From an uncultured delta proteobacterium (GTDB lineage Bacteria; Desulfobacterota; Desulfobacteria; Desulfobacterales; JAFDCJ01): 64,000 nt of DNA. This document shows, one piece after another, positions 1-10,104 of this stretch. The position numbers and the translations under genes are program-made. A model generated the notes under the pieces. It did not search any database. It saw nothing but the letters and a program-made list of their open reading frames with translations, and was not told where the DNA came from. The stretch lies in the NCBI GenBank assembly GCA_963769935.1, contig CAVYNY010000038.1:58448-122447 (forward strand). Reading direction: 5' to 3'. Position 1 is the stretch's first letter, and the number at the start of each line of letters is the position of its first letter.

Positions 1-1853
1 GACAGCCCAACCCCCTTTCTCTGCGCGTCAGTCGATTCAGCCCTGGCATTTTTGAGGGCGGCCTGGTAGAGGGGCCGCAGTTTATCGAACATTTCCGGGA
101 AGCTGTAAACTTCCGGCGCCTGACCGGTAGGGGCGGTATCGCCGGGACGGTAGATGTTTTTGTACCGCAGCTCCAGGGGGTCGATGCCCATCTTTTCAGC
201 AAGTTCGTCCATCAGGCTTTCGGATGCCAGAAAACTCTGCGGAGAGCCATAGGCGCGGAAGGCAGAGCCCCAGGCATGGTTGGTGCACACGGTCCTGCCC
301 AGGCCGCGGATGTTGGGGATGCCGTAGCCCGAACCGATGAACTGGGCCCCGCGCACAGTCAGCAGGTCGCCGAACTCCGAATAGGGGCCGTGGTCTACCG
401 CCCAGTCGCTTTCCATGGCGATGATCTTGCCGCTCTCATCCGCACCGTATTTAAGCTTGATGAAAAACGGCGAACGTTTGCCGGTGTAAGTGATGTGCTG
501 GAAGTAGTCGTATTTCAAGGTTACCGGTTTACCGGTGGCGATGGCCGCCACCCCGAGGAGGGCCTCCATGGTCGGGCTGAACTTATAGCCGAAGGTTCCG
601 CCCGCGGGATTCTGGACGATCCGCAGCTTTTCAGGCTCGATGCCGAGACCGGGACAGATCATCGCGTGATGCAGGTGGATGCCGATGCTTTTCGAATGGA
701 TGCACAGCCGGTCTTCATCATCGAAGTAGGCCAGGCCGACGTCCGGCTCCATGGTGAGGTGCGGCTGGCGCTGCAGGTAGAATTCGTCTTCGACCACGTT
801 AGCGGCCGACTGCATGAGGGGTCCGGTGTCATCGCCCTTGGCGATCTTCTGCTCGTAGTAGACGTTGGGGGTGCCGGGGTGGATCTCCATGGCATCTTCG
901 GCCATGGCGGCGGGCGCACTCATGTAAGCGGGCAGTTCCTCCAACTCAACCATGACCTTTTCAGCCGCAGCCCGGGCATTGGCCTCCGTGTCCGCGGCTA
1001 CGATGGCGATGGCGTCGCCGAACTGGAAGACTTTTTCGTCGCACAGAATGGGGCGATCCCAGCCGTCGCCCTTGTTGGAGGCGAACGTGATCAGACCGGT
1101 GATGCGGTTTTTGCCTTTAACATCTTTGTGGGTGATGACTTTGGCCACGCCGGGCATCTTTTCGGCTAGGGAGGTATCAATGGATAAAATCTTGGCATGG
1201 GACACCTTGGCCTGGACCAGGGCCAGTCTCAGGGTACCGGGCGGCATTTTAAGGCCCAGATCGGCCCCGTAGTCGGTGGTTCCGGTGACCTTGGCCACGG
1301 CCGAGGGCCGCGGATAGGCCGTGCCCCAGATCCGGCCGTCGGCCGGCAGTTTAAACGCCAGATCTTTCAAAGTCATCTCGCCCCGCACCACCTTGGCCGC
1401 GTCCATGACGGCATCCACCAGCGGCTTGTAGCCGGTGCAGCGGCAGGCGTTGCGGTGCTTCTGGAACCAATCCCGCACCTGCCGGCGTGTGGGAGCGTTG
1501 TTTTCGTCAAGCAGGCCCTTGGCCGAAACAATGAAACCGGGGCTGCAGAACCCGCACTGGGCGCCGCCGTGTACGGTCCAGGCCAGCTGCAGGGCATGCA
1601 GGTTGTCGGGGGTGCCGATGCCCTCGATGGTGGTGACACAGGCGCCGTCCTCCACGCGTTTCACTTTGGTAATACAGGAGCGGACAACCTTGCCGTCCAG
1701 AATCACCGAACAGCAGCCGCACTGCCCCTGGCCGCACCCCACCTTGGTCCCGGTGAGTTTCAGCTGCTCCCTCAACACGTCCGCGAGCATGGTGTCGGGC
1801 TCCACGATGACGGTCTTGGGCATGCCGTTGATATGAAGCGTCCTTTTGATCAT
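1..1853 (-). CDS. mop: Molybdopterin-dependent aldehyde oxidoreductase (Desulfovibrio Mop/AOR type, fused 2x[2Fe-2S] + Mo domain); runs off the left edge
   Basis: Translated by hand because it is absent from the ORF track. ATG at 1853 after a GGAGG RBS: MIKRTLHINGMPK...TGTKVGCGQGQCGCC...QCGFCSPG...NACRCTGY...GGTFGYKFSPT...AFRAYGSPQ. Confidence 0.93.
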   Translation of the reverse strand, partial: MIKRTLHINGMPKTVIVEPDTMLADVLREQLKLTGTKVGCGQGQCGCCSVILDGKVVRSCITKVKRVEDGACVTTIEGIGTPDNLHALQLAWTVHGGAQCGFCSPGFIVSAKGLLDENNAPTRRQVRDWFQKHRNACRCTGYKPLVDAVMDAAKVVRGEMTLKDLAFKLPADGRIWGTAYPRPSAVAKVTGTTDYGADLGLKMPPGTLRLALVQAKVSHAKILSIDTSLAEKMPGVAKVITHKDVKGKNRITGLITFASNKGDGWDRPILCDEKVFQFGDAIAIVAADTEANARAAAEKVMVELEELPAYMSAPAAMAEDAMEIHPGTPNVYYEQKIAKGDDTGPLMQSAANVVEDEFYLQRQPHLTMEPDVGLAYFDDEDRLCIHSKSIGIHLHHAMICPGLGIEPEKLRIVQNPAGGTFGYKFSPTMEALLGVAAIATGKPVTLKYDYFQHITYTGKRSPFFIKLKYGADESGKIIAMESDWAVDHGPYSEFGDLLTVRGAQFIGSGYGIPNIRGLGRTVCTNHAWGSAFRAYGSPQSFLASESLMDELAEKMGIDPLELRYKNIYRPGDTAPTGQAPEVYSFPEMFDKLRPLYQAALKNARAESTDAQRKGVGL

Positions 1854-1952
1854 CGCTGACCTCCTTTTTTTATCTGCTTATGGTTCAAAATGCCTATTGC
1901 AATTACCAACTTTATTCTGACATTGAAATCCTGGCCCTGGGGACAGGATGAT

Positions 1953-2972
1953 TCACTTGCCGAATCCGCATTGGGGAAAGTTGCATTGCGCGCAGCCGGA
2001 GCAGAAACCACCGTAGCCCAATCCGATGAAATCCGCGCGGGTGAGGGTTTCGCCCGCCAGGATGCGCGGTACGATCAGATCGAAGATGCTGGTGCGGTAA
2101 TACATGACGCATCCGGGCAGGCCGATAATCGGTACCGCCCCCAGGTAGGCCAGCATGAACATGGCTCCGGGAAAGACCGGTGCGCCGTAAGTCACGACAT
2201 GAGCGCCGGTATCCTGAATAGCCGCCGGCGTGCGGTCGTCCGGGTCAACCGACATACCGCCGGTTACAGCCACCATCCCGGCCCCTTCGTCGAGGAATTT
2301 TCGAATGGCGCGTGCCGTCATGGCAGGGTCATCCGAGACGAATACCTGGCCCATTACAGGGCAGCCCAGTTCGGCGAATTTGACGTGCAGCACCGGGCCG
2401 AACTTGTCTTCGATCCGGCCGTGAAACACTTCGCTGCCCGTGGTGACGATGCCGACCGGGAGTGCGCGCAGCGCCTTGACCTGAATCACCGGGGAATATT
2501 CCCGGCAGATCGATTCGACGCGCCGAACATTCTCTTCACGGGTGACCAGCGGAATGATGCGGGTGCCGCCTATCGGCTGGTTGCATTCGACCGGCAGGTT
2601 GCCGTGCAGCGTCGCAAAGACGACGTCATCGACGGAATTGATCTGCCTCAGGGCCTCGGGAGCCACTTTCAGAAGTCCATTCAGGGACGCTGTAAGGTTT
2701 ACCCGCCCTTCGCTGGGGGATGTCAGCTGCAGGCCGGGCCCGGCGGCCGCCGAGGCAATGCGCGTGGCTGCATCATCCTCGTGAAGGTACCCTTCAGCAA
2801 GATCGTAGACATAGACATTGGCTTTGCCCATGTCCAGAAGCGCCTCGACGTCCTGGGATCTGATGATGTGACCTTTTTTGAAGGCCGGCCCCTTGTGCCC
2901 GCCCTTAACAATACGGGTGGCATCGTGGCACAATACCATGCCGACGGCATCATAAACGGAAACGCTTTTCAC
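1953..2972 (-). CDS. Molybdopterin-binding protein (MoeA/MoaB-like MoCF domain), probable Mop cofactor-maturation partner
   Basis: VTTGSEV, VTGGMSVDPDDRTP, PGAMF, GLPGC motifs; C-terminal Cys cluster CSGCAQCNFPQC; directly upstream of mop. Confidence 0.85.
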   Translation of the reverse strand: MKSVSVYDAVGMVLCHDATRIVKGGHKGPAFKKGHIIRSQDVEALLDMGKANVYVYDLAEGYLHEDDAATRIASAAAGPGLQLTSPSEGRVNLTASLNGLLKVAPEALRQINSVDDVVFATLHGNLPVECNQPIGGTRIIPLVTREENVRRVESICREYSPVIQVKALRALPVGIVTTGSEVFHGRIEDKFGPVLHVKFAELGCPVMGQVFVSDDPAMTARAIRKFLDEGAGMVAVTGGMSVDPDDRTPAAIQDTGAHVVTYGAPVFPGAMFMLAYLGAVPIIGLPGCVMYYRTSIFDLIVPRILAGETLTRADFIGLGYGGFCSGCAQCNFPQCGFGK

Positions 2973-3383
2973 GGTGAGTCTTCCTTAGTCGGATAATGGG
3001 ACGCTATCCGGTTGACCCGGCTCAGACGACACCCCACCCCGCATGAGATGTTGGTTATGGTCAAAAAATATCCTTATTAGTTATTAAATTTTAAGATAGA
3101 AGTTTTATTGAAGCCTATTAACAAATAATGCCGCTATATCATCATTGACATAGCCTGACTTATATGTTAAACCCCTACCCGCTGTCAAGTCAAAAGGGTA
3201 TTAATTAAAATATGTATTTATTTCAAATAAATATACTAAATCAGCTTGCCGGCTTAGCGCTCGCCGACATATACCGAAAATTCAACCATATGGGTTATAA
3301 ATGGGAATTATTTGTCATAATAAGTGTTAAAATTATAGGGAATAATGACTATATTAACTGTAAAATTCAAATAAGATAGATAA

Positions 3384-4190
3384 ATGGATAGTTATATGAC
3401 TTTTTCGGGCCTCTTACGGCTCGATGCAGGGCAGGCTCTGGAATCCATCGTCCGACTCAGTACCGAGTTAGAGCACGAGGTTGCTTCGAACCTCATCAAT
3501 GAAAAGCTGATCGATGATTGGTGGTTGCGAGCCCGTAAATTTGACAGCCACGGTCCGGGCTACTGGCTGCTGCTGGTTCGCCTGGCCGAGGCGGCCTTGC
3601 TGTGCGCCGGAAATTACGCCGACAACTGCGAATACGAGGCTGCGGGTGATTTCCTGGTGAATCCCCGGCAAATTCTGGTCCGCCGAATGGCCGACGGCCG
3701 TGCAACGCCCAAGAACCGGCATGGACGCCTTTCGGATCAGTTCGGCCTTGCAGGCGTCAAGCGCTGTCATTTGATGAAACGATTCTCAGCCGGCGTGTCC
3801 CTGGAGATCACCAAACCTCCGTTGCTTCCGCACATGACCCAAGTTCTCAGACGGTCCAAGTGCATATCTCCGTCATATCTCGAGCGGCTGGAGGAAAGCC
3901 GGCGCCGCATTGCCGACACGTTGGCCTTTCTGGCTGCGTGGCGCATTTTCGATTCAGCGGAATTGCGGCGGCGGCTGCAGGCAACTTCAGAGCGGGAAAG
4001 AATTTTTGCCGAATCCCATCTGTGCCGGTTCGATACGCAGATCTTCGATCAGATTGGCGTGAGTCTAAAGCGAAGTCTGGCGGAGCCGGATTACCGCAGC
4101 CCGTTTCTGGCCGAACCCCATTTGAGTGAAAACAAATTGCAGCGAATATCGCCGGAGACCCTCCGGACGCTCGCCGGTTCGCCGGCCTGA
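3384..4190 (+). CDS. Hypothetical protein heading the phosphatase/XDH operon
   Basis: 268-aa ORF after an AT-rich divergent promoter region, 15 bp before the next gene; no motif recognised. Confidence 0.7.
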   Translation: MDSYMTFSGLLRLDAGQALESIVRLSTELEHEVASNLINEKLIDDWWLRARKFDSHGPGYWLLLVRLAEAALLCAGNYADNCEYEAAGDFLVNPRQILVRRMADGRATPKNRHGRLSDQFGLAGVKRCHLMKRFSAGVSLEITKPPLLPHMTQVLRRSKCISPSYLERLEESRRRIADTLAFLAAWRIFDSAELRRRLQATSERERIFAESHLCRFDTQIFDQIGVSLKRSLAEPDYRSPFLAEPHLSENKLQRISPETLRTLAGSPA

Positions 4191-4205
4191 ATCATCGGGT
4201 AAGCT

Positions 4206-4829
4206 ATGACAATGCTATACCTGTTGCGCCATGGGGCGATCGATTGGCCGGAAGCCAGGTGCTTCATCGGGCAAACGGATGCCCCGCTCAGCACGGAAGG
4301 CCGGTTGCAGGCCAAGTACTGGCGAAAAGAATTACGGAAGCTGGCGTTCACCGCCGTATGGTCGAGCGATCTGCGGCGTGCGGCCGAAACAGCTGAAATC
4401 ATTTTTGCCGGCCGCCGGGCAGATCTTCAGACCTGCAGGCAACTGCGGGAAATTCAGCTCGGCGAGTGGGAGGGGATGCCCCGGGTCCGCGTGAGGGAGC
4501 ACCACTCCGACCTCTGGTCCGCCCGCGGCAAAGATATGGCCGGTTTCAGACCCCCGGGAGGCGAGAGCTTTCGGGATGTGCAGCAGCGTGTGGTCCCGCT
4601 GGTTATGCGGATTGCTGCGCAAACACCGGAAAGCGCATGCCTGGTCACGCACGCCGGGGTTATTCGCGTGCTGATATGCCATTTCCTGCAGATGCCGTTG
4701 TCGAATCTTTTTCGAATCCATCTGGATTACGGAAGCCTGAGCATTGTTTCATATTCATCTGCGCACTTCCAGGTATGTGTTCTCAACCTTAGACCGGTAG
4801 AAAATCCTGGTCCAGCTTCCTGCCCGTAG
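4206..4829 (+). CDS. Histidine phosphatase family protein (CobC/PhoE-like)
   Basis: LLRHG, SSDLRRA, EIQLGEWEG, PGGES, VTHAGVIR motifs. Confidence 0.92.
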   Translation: MTMLYLLRHGAIDWPEARCFIGQTDAPLSTEGRLQAKYWRKELRKLAFTAVWSSDLRRAAETAEIIFAGRRADLQTCRQLREIQLGEWEGMPRVRVREHHSDLWSARGKDMAGFRPPGGESFRDVQQRVVPLVMRIAAQTPESACLVTHAGVIRVLICHFLQMPLSNLFRIHLDYGSLSIVSYSSAHFQVCVLNLRPVENPGPASCP

Positions 4830-4912
4830 GCAACAGCCCGGAGGGAGAACCAGGTTTCCAATTTTAACATAATCCGTTGCTGCTCCCCCAACGGGGGAAC
4901 TTGGAGGTAAGC

Positions 4913-5794
4913 ATGATCCTGTCAGAGTTTGAGTTTTACGAGCCCACTTCGGTTGCTGAAGCCTGTGACATGATGGCCGGCCACCCGGGAAAAGCCCGGC
5001 CCCTTGCAGGGGGTACCGACCTTCTGGTGAACATGAAAAAGAAGGTCCTGAATCCGCAGTACCTGATATCGCTGATGCGCATTGCGGAACTCTCCCGGCT
5101 GGAAAGATCCAATGGAACGCTTTGGATCGGAGCCGGTGTTTCAGTGTCCGAGATCGCCGCCTCCGAGGCGGTTGCCGGAAACCTCAGTGCCCTGGGCCAG
5201 GGCGCCCGCGCATTGGGAACTCCCCTGATCCGAAATCTGGCGACTATCGGCGGCAACATCGGTTCGGCCCGGCCGGCGGCCGACCTGCCGCCGTCGCTGA
5301 TGGTTTACGACGCCGAACTGTTGTTGGCCGGCACTTCCGGGGAACGCCGCATGCCCATCGAGGCCTTTTTCAAAGGCCCCGGCCTGACCGCAACCCGCCA
5401 GGATGAAGTCATCACGGCCGTCGTCGTTGAAATACGCGAAGGATATTCCGGCGCAGGTTACCTGAATCTGGGCGTCCGTAAAGCCCAGGACTGCAACATC
5501 GTCAATGTGGCATCCTTCCTGGAGCTGGACGAAAAGGCCGAACGCATTCAGACCGCCCGCATTGCTCTGGGTTCCGTCGGCCCCACGCCCTTGCGGGCGT
5601 TCAAGGCCGAAAAAGTGCTGGCGGGCCAAAAGCCGGACGCACGACTATTCGAGCAAGCAGCCGAGGCCGCCTCGCATGACTGTACACCGATTCTGGATTT
5701 TCGCGGATCGGCCGAATACCGGCGTTCCATGGTGGCGGTGTTGACCCGCAGGACCCTGGCTACGGCCCTGGCCGAAGCCCGAAGCAGAACATAA
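4913..5794 (+). CDS. Xanthine dehydrogenase family FAD-binding (medium) subunit, without [4Fe-4S] insert
   Basis: AGGTDL, RNLATIGGN, DFRGSAEYRR; ATG at 4913 after GGAGG. Confidence 0.92.
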   Translation: MILSEFEFYEPTSVAEACDMMAGHPGKARPLAGGTDLLVNMKKKVLNPQYLISLMRIAELSRLERSNGTLWIGAGVSVSEIAASEAVAGNLSALGQGARALGTPLIRNLATIGGNIGSARPAADLPPSLMVYDAELLLAGTSGERRMPIEAFFKGPGLTATRQDEVITAVVVEIREGYSGAGYLNLGVRKAQDCNIVNVASFLELDEKAERIQTARIALGSVGPTPLRAFKAEKVLAGQKPDARLFEQAAEAASHDCTPILDFRGSAEYRRSMVAVLTRRTLATALAEARSRT

Positions 5795-5804
5795 GGAGGA
5801 AAAC

Positions 5805-6308
5805 ATGAAGCATTTGATCCGTTTGACCGTCAACGACAGGGCCTATGAACTGGCAGTGGAACCGAACACCACCCTGGTCGATCTGCTGCGCTACCACATC
5901 GGATTGACGGGCACCAAAAAAGGATGCGACCTGGGAGACTGCGGCGCCTGCACGGTGCTGATGGACGGCAAGGCCGTCAACTCCTGCCTGGTGCTCGCGG
6001 TTCAGGCCGGCGGTCGAACGATTCAGACCATTGAAGGATTGGCAACCGCCCAGGGACCCCACCCTCTGCAGCAGGCTTTCATCGCGCATGGCGCCATTCA
6101 GTGCGGTTTCTGTACTTCGGGCATGATTCTATCGGCCAAGTCGCTTTTGGATCGAACGCCGAATCCGCAGGAGCCGGAGATCCGACGCGCCATTTCGGGC
6201 AACCTCTGCCGCTGCACCGGCTACCAGAAAATCATCGAGGCCGTCAAGGAGGTGGGCGCCGACCAGGGGTTGTCTACCGCCCCGGGCGACGCCGAATCCG
6301 ACGTCTGA
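5805..6308 (+). CDS. Xanthine dehydrogenase family 2x[2Fe-2S] (small) subunit
   Basis: GTKKGCDLGDCGACTV, QCGFCTSG, GNLCRCTGY. Confidence 0.95.
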   Translation: MKHLIRLTVNDRAYELAVEPNTTLVDLLRYHIGLTGTKKGCDLGDCGACTVLMDGKAVNSCLVLAVQAGGRTIQTIEGLATAQGPHPLQQAFIAHGAIQCGFCTSGMILSAKSLLDRTPNPQEPEIRRAISGNLCRCTGYQKIIEAVKEVGADQGLSTAPGDAESDV

Positions 6309-6373
6309 CGACAACCATAAAGCGTTGCGTCCTTTTGAATGATGCAACCTGCGCATATTCCATGGAGGATAAA

Positions 6374-8737
6374 ATGAGCAACTTTCAAGTGATCAACAGC
6401 CGGCTTCCCCGTTTGGATGCGCCCGCCAAGGCCAGCGGCCAGGCGGTGTTCATCGACGACATGTCCTTCCCGGGCATGCTGCACGCGGCCTTGCTGCATA
6501 GTCCGGTGCCGCATGCCCGCCTATTGGGAATCGACACCTCCAGGGCCGAACGTCTGCCCGGGGTTAAGGCGGTAATAACATCCAAAGATGCCGGTCTGGT
6601 GCATTACGGGGTCAGTCCGGCCCGCTATGATGAAACCGTATTCTGCCACGACCGGGTGCGCTATGTCGGCGATGAGATTGCGGCGGTGGCGGCCGTCGAC
6701 CGGGAAACGGCCGAGGAGGCGCTAAGCCTGATCAAGGTCGATTACGAGGAGCTGCCCGCGCTGCTGACCATTGAGGATGCCATGGCCGAGGGGGCCCCGC
6801 AGCTGCATGACGAGTTTCCGCGCAACATCTCCGCCGAGGTGCACCAGGAGTTCGGCAACGTGGCCGAGGCCCTGAAGGCGTGCGATCTCGTTAAAACGAT
6901 GACCTTCAAGAATAAGCGCCAGGACGGCGCCTTCCTTGAACCACCCGGCTGCATCGCCGTCTTTGGCCCGGACGGCCGCCTGACCCTGCACAGCTCGACC
7001 CAAACGCCGCACTACGTTCAGCGTACGGTGGCCATGGTCCTGGGCTTGCCGGTAGGCCGCGTGCGCGTGGTCAAACCCTATGTGGGCGGCGGTTTCGGCA
7101 TCAAGGCCGCCGCCAACACCGGTGAGCTGGCCGCCTGCCTGCTGGCGCGCAAAACCGGCAAGCCCGTCAAGTTCATCTACTCGCGCGAGCAGGTCTTCAT
7201 GCTGTGCCGCGCCCGGCACCAATTCGTGCACCATATGACCACCGGGGTTAAAAAAGACGGCACCCTGATGGCGCTGGAGCACGACTGCTATCTGGACGGC
7301 GGCGCCTATTCCAGCTTTGGAATTGCAACGGTCTACTACGCCGGCAGCCTGCTGGGAGGGCCTTACAAGCTGCCCAACATGAAGTACGACGGGTATCGGG
7401 TCTATACCAACAAGCCGACCTGCGGGGCGCAGCGCGGCCACGGGGGCGTGGCGGCACGCGCCGCCTGGGAGCAGCAGCTGGATATGATCGCCGAAGAGCT
7501 GGGCCTGGACCCCATCGATTTCAGGCTGAAAAACATGATGCAGGCCGGGGATGTGACCTGCAATGATCTCAACATGAGCAGCCTCGGAATGAAAGAGTGC
7601 ATCGAAGCCGTGCGCAATTCCTCGGGCTGGGAGTCCAAGAAGGGCAAGCTTCCCAAAGGCAAGGGAATCGGCATGTCCTGTGGTTTTTTCGTGTCCGGAG
7701 CCGGCTACCCGATCTACCGGTCCGAAACCTACCACTGCACAGCCACGGTCAAACTTGCCGAAGACGGCGGAACGGTCCAACTGTACTCCGCCTCGGCCGA
7801 GATCGGCCAGGGGTCGGACACGGCCTTCGGCATGATCGCCGCCGAGACGCTCGGCGTTTCGCTGAACAGCGTGCGGGTGATTTCCGGCGACACGGATTTC
7901 GGGGTGGATCTCGGGGCTTATTCCAGCCGGCAGACGCTGATGACGGGTCATGCCGTCAAAGAGGCGGCGGAAGACGCGAAACGCCAGGTACTGGCGGTGC
8001 TGGCGATTGAACTGAACGTGCCGGCGGCGGATATGGACATCAAAGCCGGACGCATCGTATTTAAAGGCGAACCGCCGGACTTCAGCGGCCTTCGCAACCG
8101 CTACATCAAGGAGCACCGCGGGTGGACCGACAACCCCCGGGAAGATGCCCTGACCTTCCGCGAAGCCTCGCGCATCGCCTACCTGGCCAAGGGTACCATC
8201 ATCGGAACCGGCAAATACAAGCCGCCCGCGTTGGGCGGCAAATTCAAAGGGGCCGCGGTGGGCACCTCCCCGGCCTACGGGTGCTCGGCCCAGGTGGTGG
8301 AGGTGGAGGTGGACCTGGAAACCGGCAAGATCGTCATCGAAAAGATGACCGACGCCCACGACTGCGGCCGGGCCATCAACCGCACATCCGTGGAAGGTCA
8401 AATGCAAGGCTCACTCGCCATGGGCATTGGTGAAGCGCTTTTCGAAGAAGTAAAGTTCGACGACCGCGGCCGGGTCATCAACTGCGATCTGGCGGAATAC
8501 AAGCTGGTCACCGCGCTGGACATGCCGCCGGTGGATGCCATCATCGTCGAAAGCGATGAGCCCAACGGGCCTTTCGGTGCCAAGGAGGTGGGCGAAGGCG
8601 CCATCATGCCGACCATCCCGGCGATTCTAAACGCCGTTTACGACGCGACGGGCGTACGTATTTTCGAACTGCCGATGACCGGCGAGCGGATGCACGCGGC
8701 GCTCAAGGCAGAAAAGGACAAGCAGAAAAAATCCTGA
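6374..8737 (+). CDS. Xanthine dehydrogenase family Mo-binding (large) subunit, HcrA-related
   Basis: VGGGFG, GAQRGHG, EIGQG, GAKEVGE motifs; ATG at 6374 after GGAGG. Confidence 0.92.
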   Translation: MSNFQVINSRLPRLDAPAKASGQAVFIDDMSFPGMLHAALLHSPVPHARLLGIDTSRAERLPGVKAVITSKDAGLVHYGVSPARYDETVFCHDRVRYVGDEIAAVAAVDRETAEEALSLIKVDYEELPALLTIEDAMAEGAPQLHDEFPRNISAEVHQEFGNVAEALKACDLVKTMTFKNKRQDGAFLEPPGCIAVFGPDGRLTLHSSTQTPHYVQRTVAMVLGLPVGRVRVVKPYVGGGFGIKAAANTGELAACLLARKTGKPVKFIYSREQVFMLCRARHQFVHHMTTGVKKDGTLMALEHDCYLDGGAYSSFGIATVYYAGSLLGGPYKLPNMKYDGYRVYTNKPTCGAQRGHGGVAARAAWEQQLDMIAEELGLDPIDFRLKNMMQAGDVTCNDLNMSSLGMKECIEAVRNSSGWESKKGKLPKGKGIGMSCGFFVSGAGYPIYRSETYHCTATVKLAEDGGTVQLYSASAEIGQGSDTAFGMIAAETLGVSLNSVRVISGDTDFGVDLGAYSSRQTLMTGHAVKEAAEDAKRQVLAVLAIELNVPAADMDIKAGRIVFKGEPPDFSGLRNRYIKEHRGWTDNPREDALTFREASRIAYLAKGTIIGTGKYKPPALGGKFKGAAVGTSPAYGCSAQVVEVEVDLETGKIVIEKMTDAHDCGRAINRTSVEGQMQGSLAMGIGEALFEEVKFDDRGRVINCDLAEYKLVTALDMPPVDAIIVESDEPNGPFGAKEVGEGAIMPTIPAILNAVYDATGVRIFELPMTGERMHAALKAEKDKQKKS

Positions 8738-8849
8738 TCCGGAGGAGGCGGCTTTGACTTTACCTTCAAGGAGAACCGTTCACCTTTGGCCTTGAATGGA
8801 ATAGTGGAATAGTGGATTAATGGAAAATTGGGGTTTGGACGAAGAGTCT

Positions 8850-9596
8850 ATGCTGAGCGAGGAAGAGCTTCAGCGGTACCGGAGGCAAATGGCGCTGCCG
8901 GAAATCGGGGTGGCAGGCCAGCTGCGGCTTAGCGCCGGCCGGGTCATGGTGGCCGGCCTGGGCGGCTTGGGGTCGATCGCGGCCTACTATCTGACGGCAG
9001 CCGGCGTGGGATATCTTAAACTCATCGACCGCGACCGGGTAGCCCTGGATAATTTGAACCGCCAGATCCTGCACACCAGCGCCGATATCAATCGTCCCAA
9101 GCCGGCGTCGGCGGCCGAAAAGCTGGCTCGCCTCAATCCCCACTGCCGGATTGAGGCGGTCCATGAGGCGATCATAGATGAAAACGCCGAAGCCCTGCTG
9201 GGCGACTGCAGCGTGATCTTCGATGCCACCGACAACCGCGCCACCAGGCAGGTCCTCAATCGGGTGTCCGTGCGGCGCCGCGTGCCGTTTGTCTACGGGG
9301 GGATCAGCGGCTGGGAGGGGATGGCCTCAACGTTCATTCCCGGTCAGAGCGCCTGCTTCAGCTGCCTGTTTCCGCCGCACAATCAAGCGGCGGAGACCGC
9401 GCCTCCCCCCGTACTGGGACCCACCGCCGGCATCGTGGCATCGATCCAATGCCTGGAGATTCTGCGGCTTTTAACCGGGTCCCCACCGCAGCTGGCGGGA
9501 CGGCTGCTGCGGTTTTCCGGACTGACCATGGAATTTCGGATGCTGCCGATCGAGCGCAATCCGCACTGCCCGGTCTGCGGCGGCCTGCAAGGTTAG
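8850..9596 (+). CDS. HesA/MoeB/ThiF family adenylyltransferase
   Basis: RYRRQ, GLGGLG, DRDRVALDNLNRQ, DATDN, CFSC and CPVC Zn motifs. Confidence 0.93.
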   Translation: MLSEEELQRYRRQMALPEIGVAGQLRLSAGRVMVAGLGGLGSIAAYYLTAAGVGYLKLIDRDRVALDNLNRQILHTSADINRPKPASAAEKLARLNPHCRIEAVHEAIIDENAEALLGDCSVIFDATDNRATRQVLNRVSVRRRVPFVYGGISGWEGMASTFIPGQSACFSCLFPPHNQAAETAPPPVLGPTAGIVASIQCLEILRLLTGSPPQLAGRLLRFSGLTMEFRMLPIERNPHCPVCGGLQG

Positions 9597-9605
9597 ATCA
9601 TCTCC

Positions 9606-9818
9606 ATGAATGCCGTCATTCAAATCACCGTAAACGGATTGCCCGAAAATGTGCCGGCTGCGGCTACACTCGCCGAGCTGATCATCCGCTTCGACGAGGC
9701 GGACCCGGACCTGATCGTCGAGCACAACGGCCGGTTTGTATTCCCCCGGGACTATTCCGCGATACGAGTGGCTCCCGACGACCGCATCGAATTTATTCAT
9801 CCGAATTTCGGAGGATAA
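9606..9818 (+). CDS. ThiS/MoaD-like sulfur carrier protein
   Basis: 70 aa, ITVNG start, C-terminal Gly-Gly, follows the ThiF-like gene. Confidence 0.9.
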   Translation: MNAVIQITVNGLPENVPAAATLAELIIRFDEADPDLIVEHNGRFVFPRDYSAIRVAPDDRIEFIHPNFGG

Positions 9819-9859
9819 CGTGCAGCCCCGGAGTGCTTGAACCGGCTGTCCGCCGGCCT

Positions 9860-10075
9860 AAAAGACGGCTGGATTAATCGAGAAAGAAACTTTGGCAATT
9901 CGGACACAGTTGGATTTACTATCACGCCCACTTTCAGGCTTCGCTCTTCGAGCTACGACCCGACAAGCCGTTAGAGCTCACAGAGACCGCGGTCCGCCGG
10001 AGGCGGATTTCTCTCGCCGCAGGCGGCTGCCAACCCTTACCTTACCTCTGTGACCTCTGAGCGCTCTGTGTGAAA
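9860..10075. repeat. Composite palindromic intergenic repeats between convergent genes
   Basis: ctcacagag...ctctgtg(t)ga inverted pair, ccgccggaggcgg hairpins, and a copy of the atcgagaaagaaact motif also seen at ~13435, ~13583 and ~26580. Confidence 0.55.
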
Positions 10076-10104
10076 TATATTTTCATATAAAAGGGTGGTG
10101 AATG

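Noticed and set aside
276..2996. Long plus-strand ORFs (297, 220, 368 aa) in the ORF track
   Set aside because: Antisense shadows of mop and the molybdopterin-binding gene. The real mop frame is missing from the track because it runs off the edge.
2975..3060. Possible Moco/tungsten riboswitch upstream of the molybdopterin-binding gene
   Set aside because: GC-rich and in a plausible position, but I could not match the conserved Moco RNA motif by eye; it needs an Rfam search.
4913..8737. Call as aerobic CO dehydrogenase (coxMSL)
   Set aside because: Gene order is M-S-L but the large subunit has GAQRGHG rather than the AYXCSFR CODH motif.
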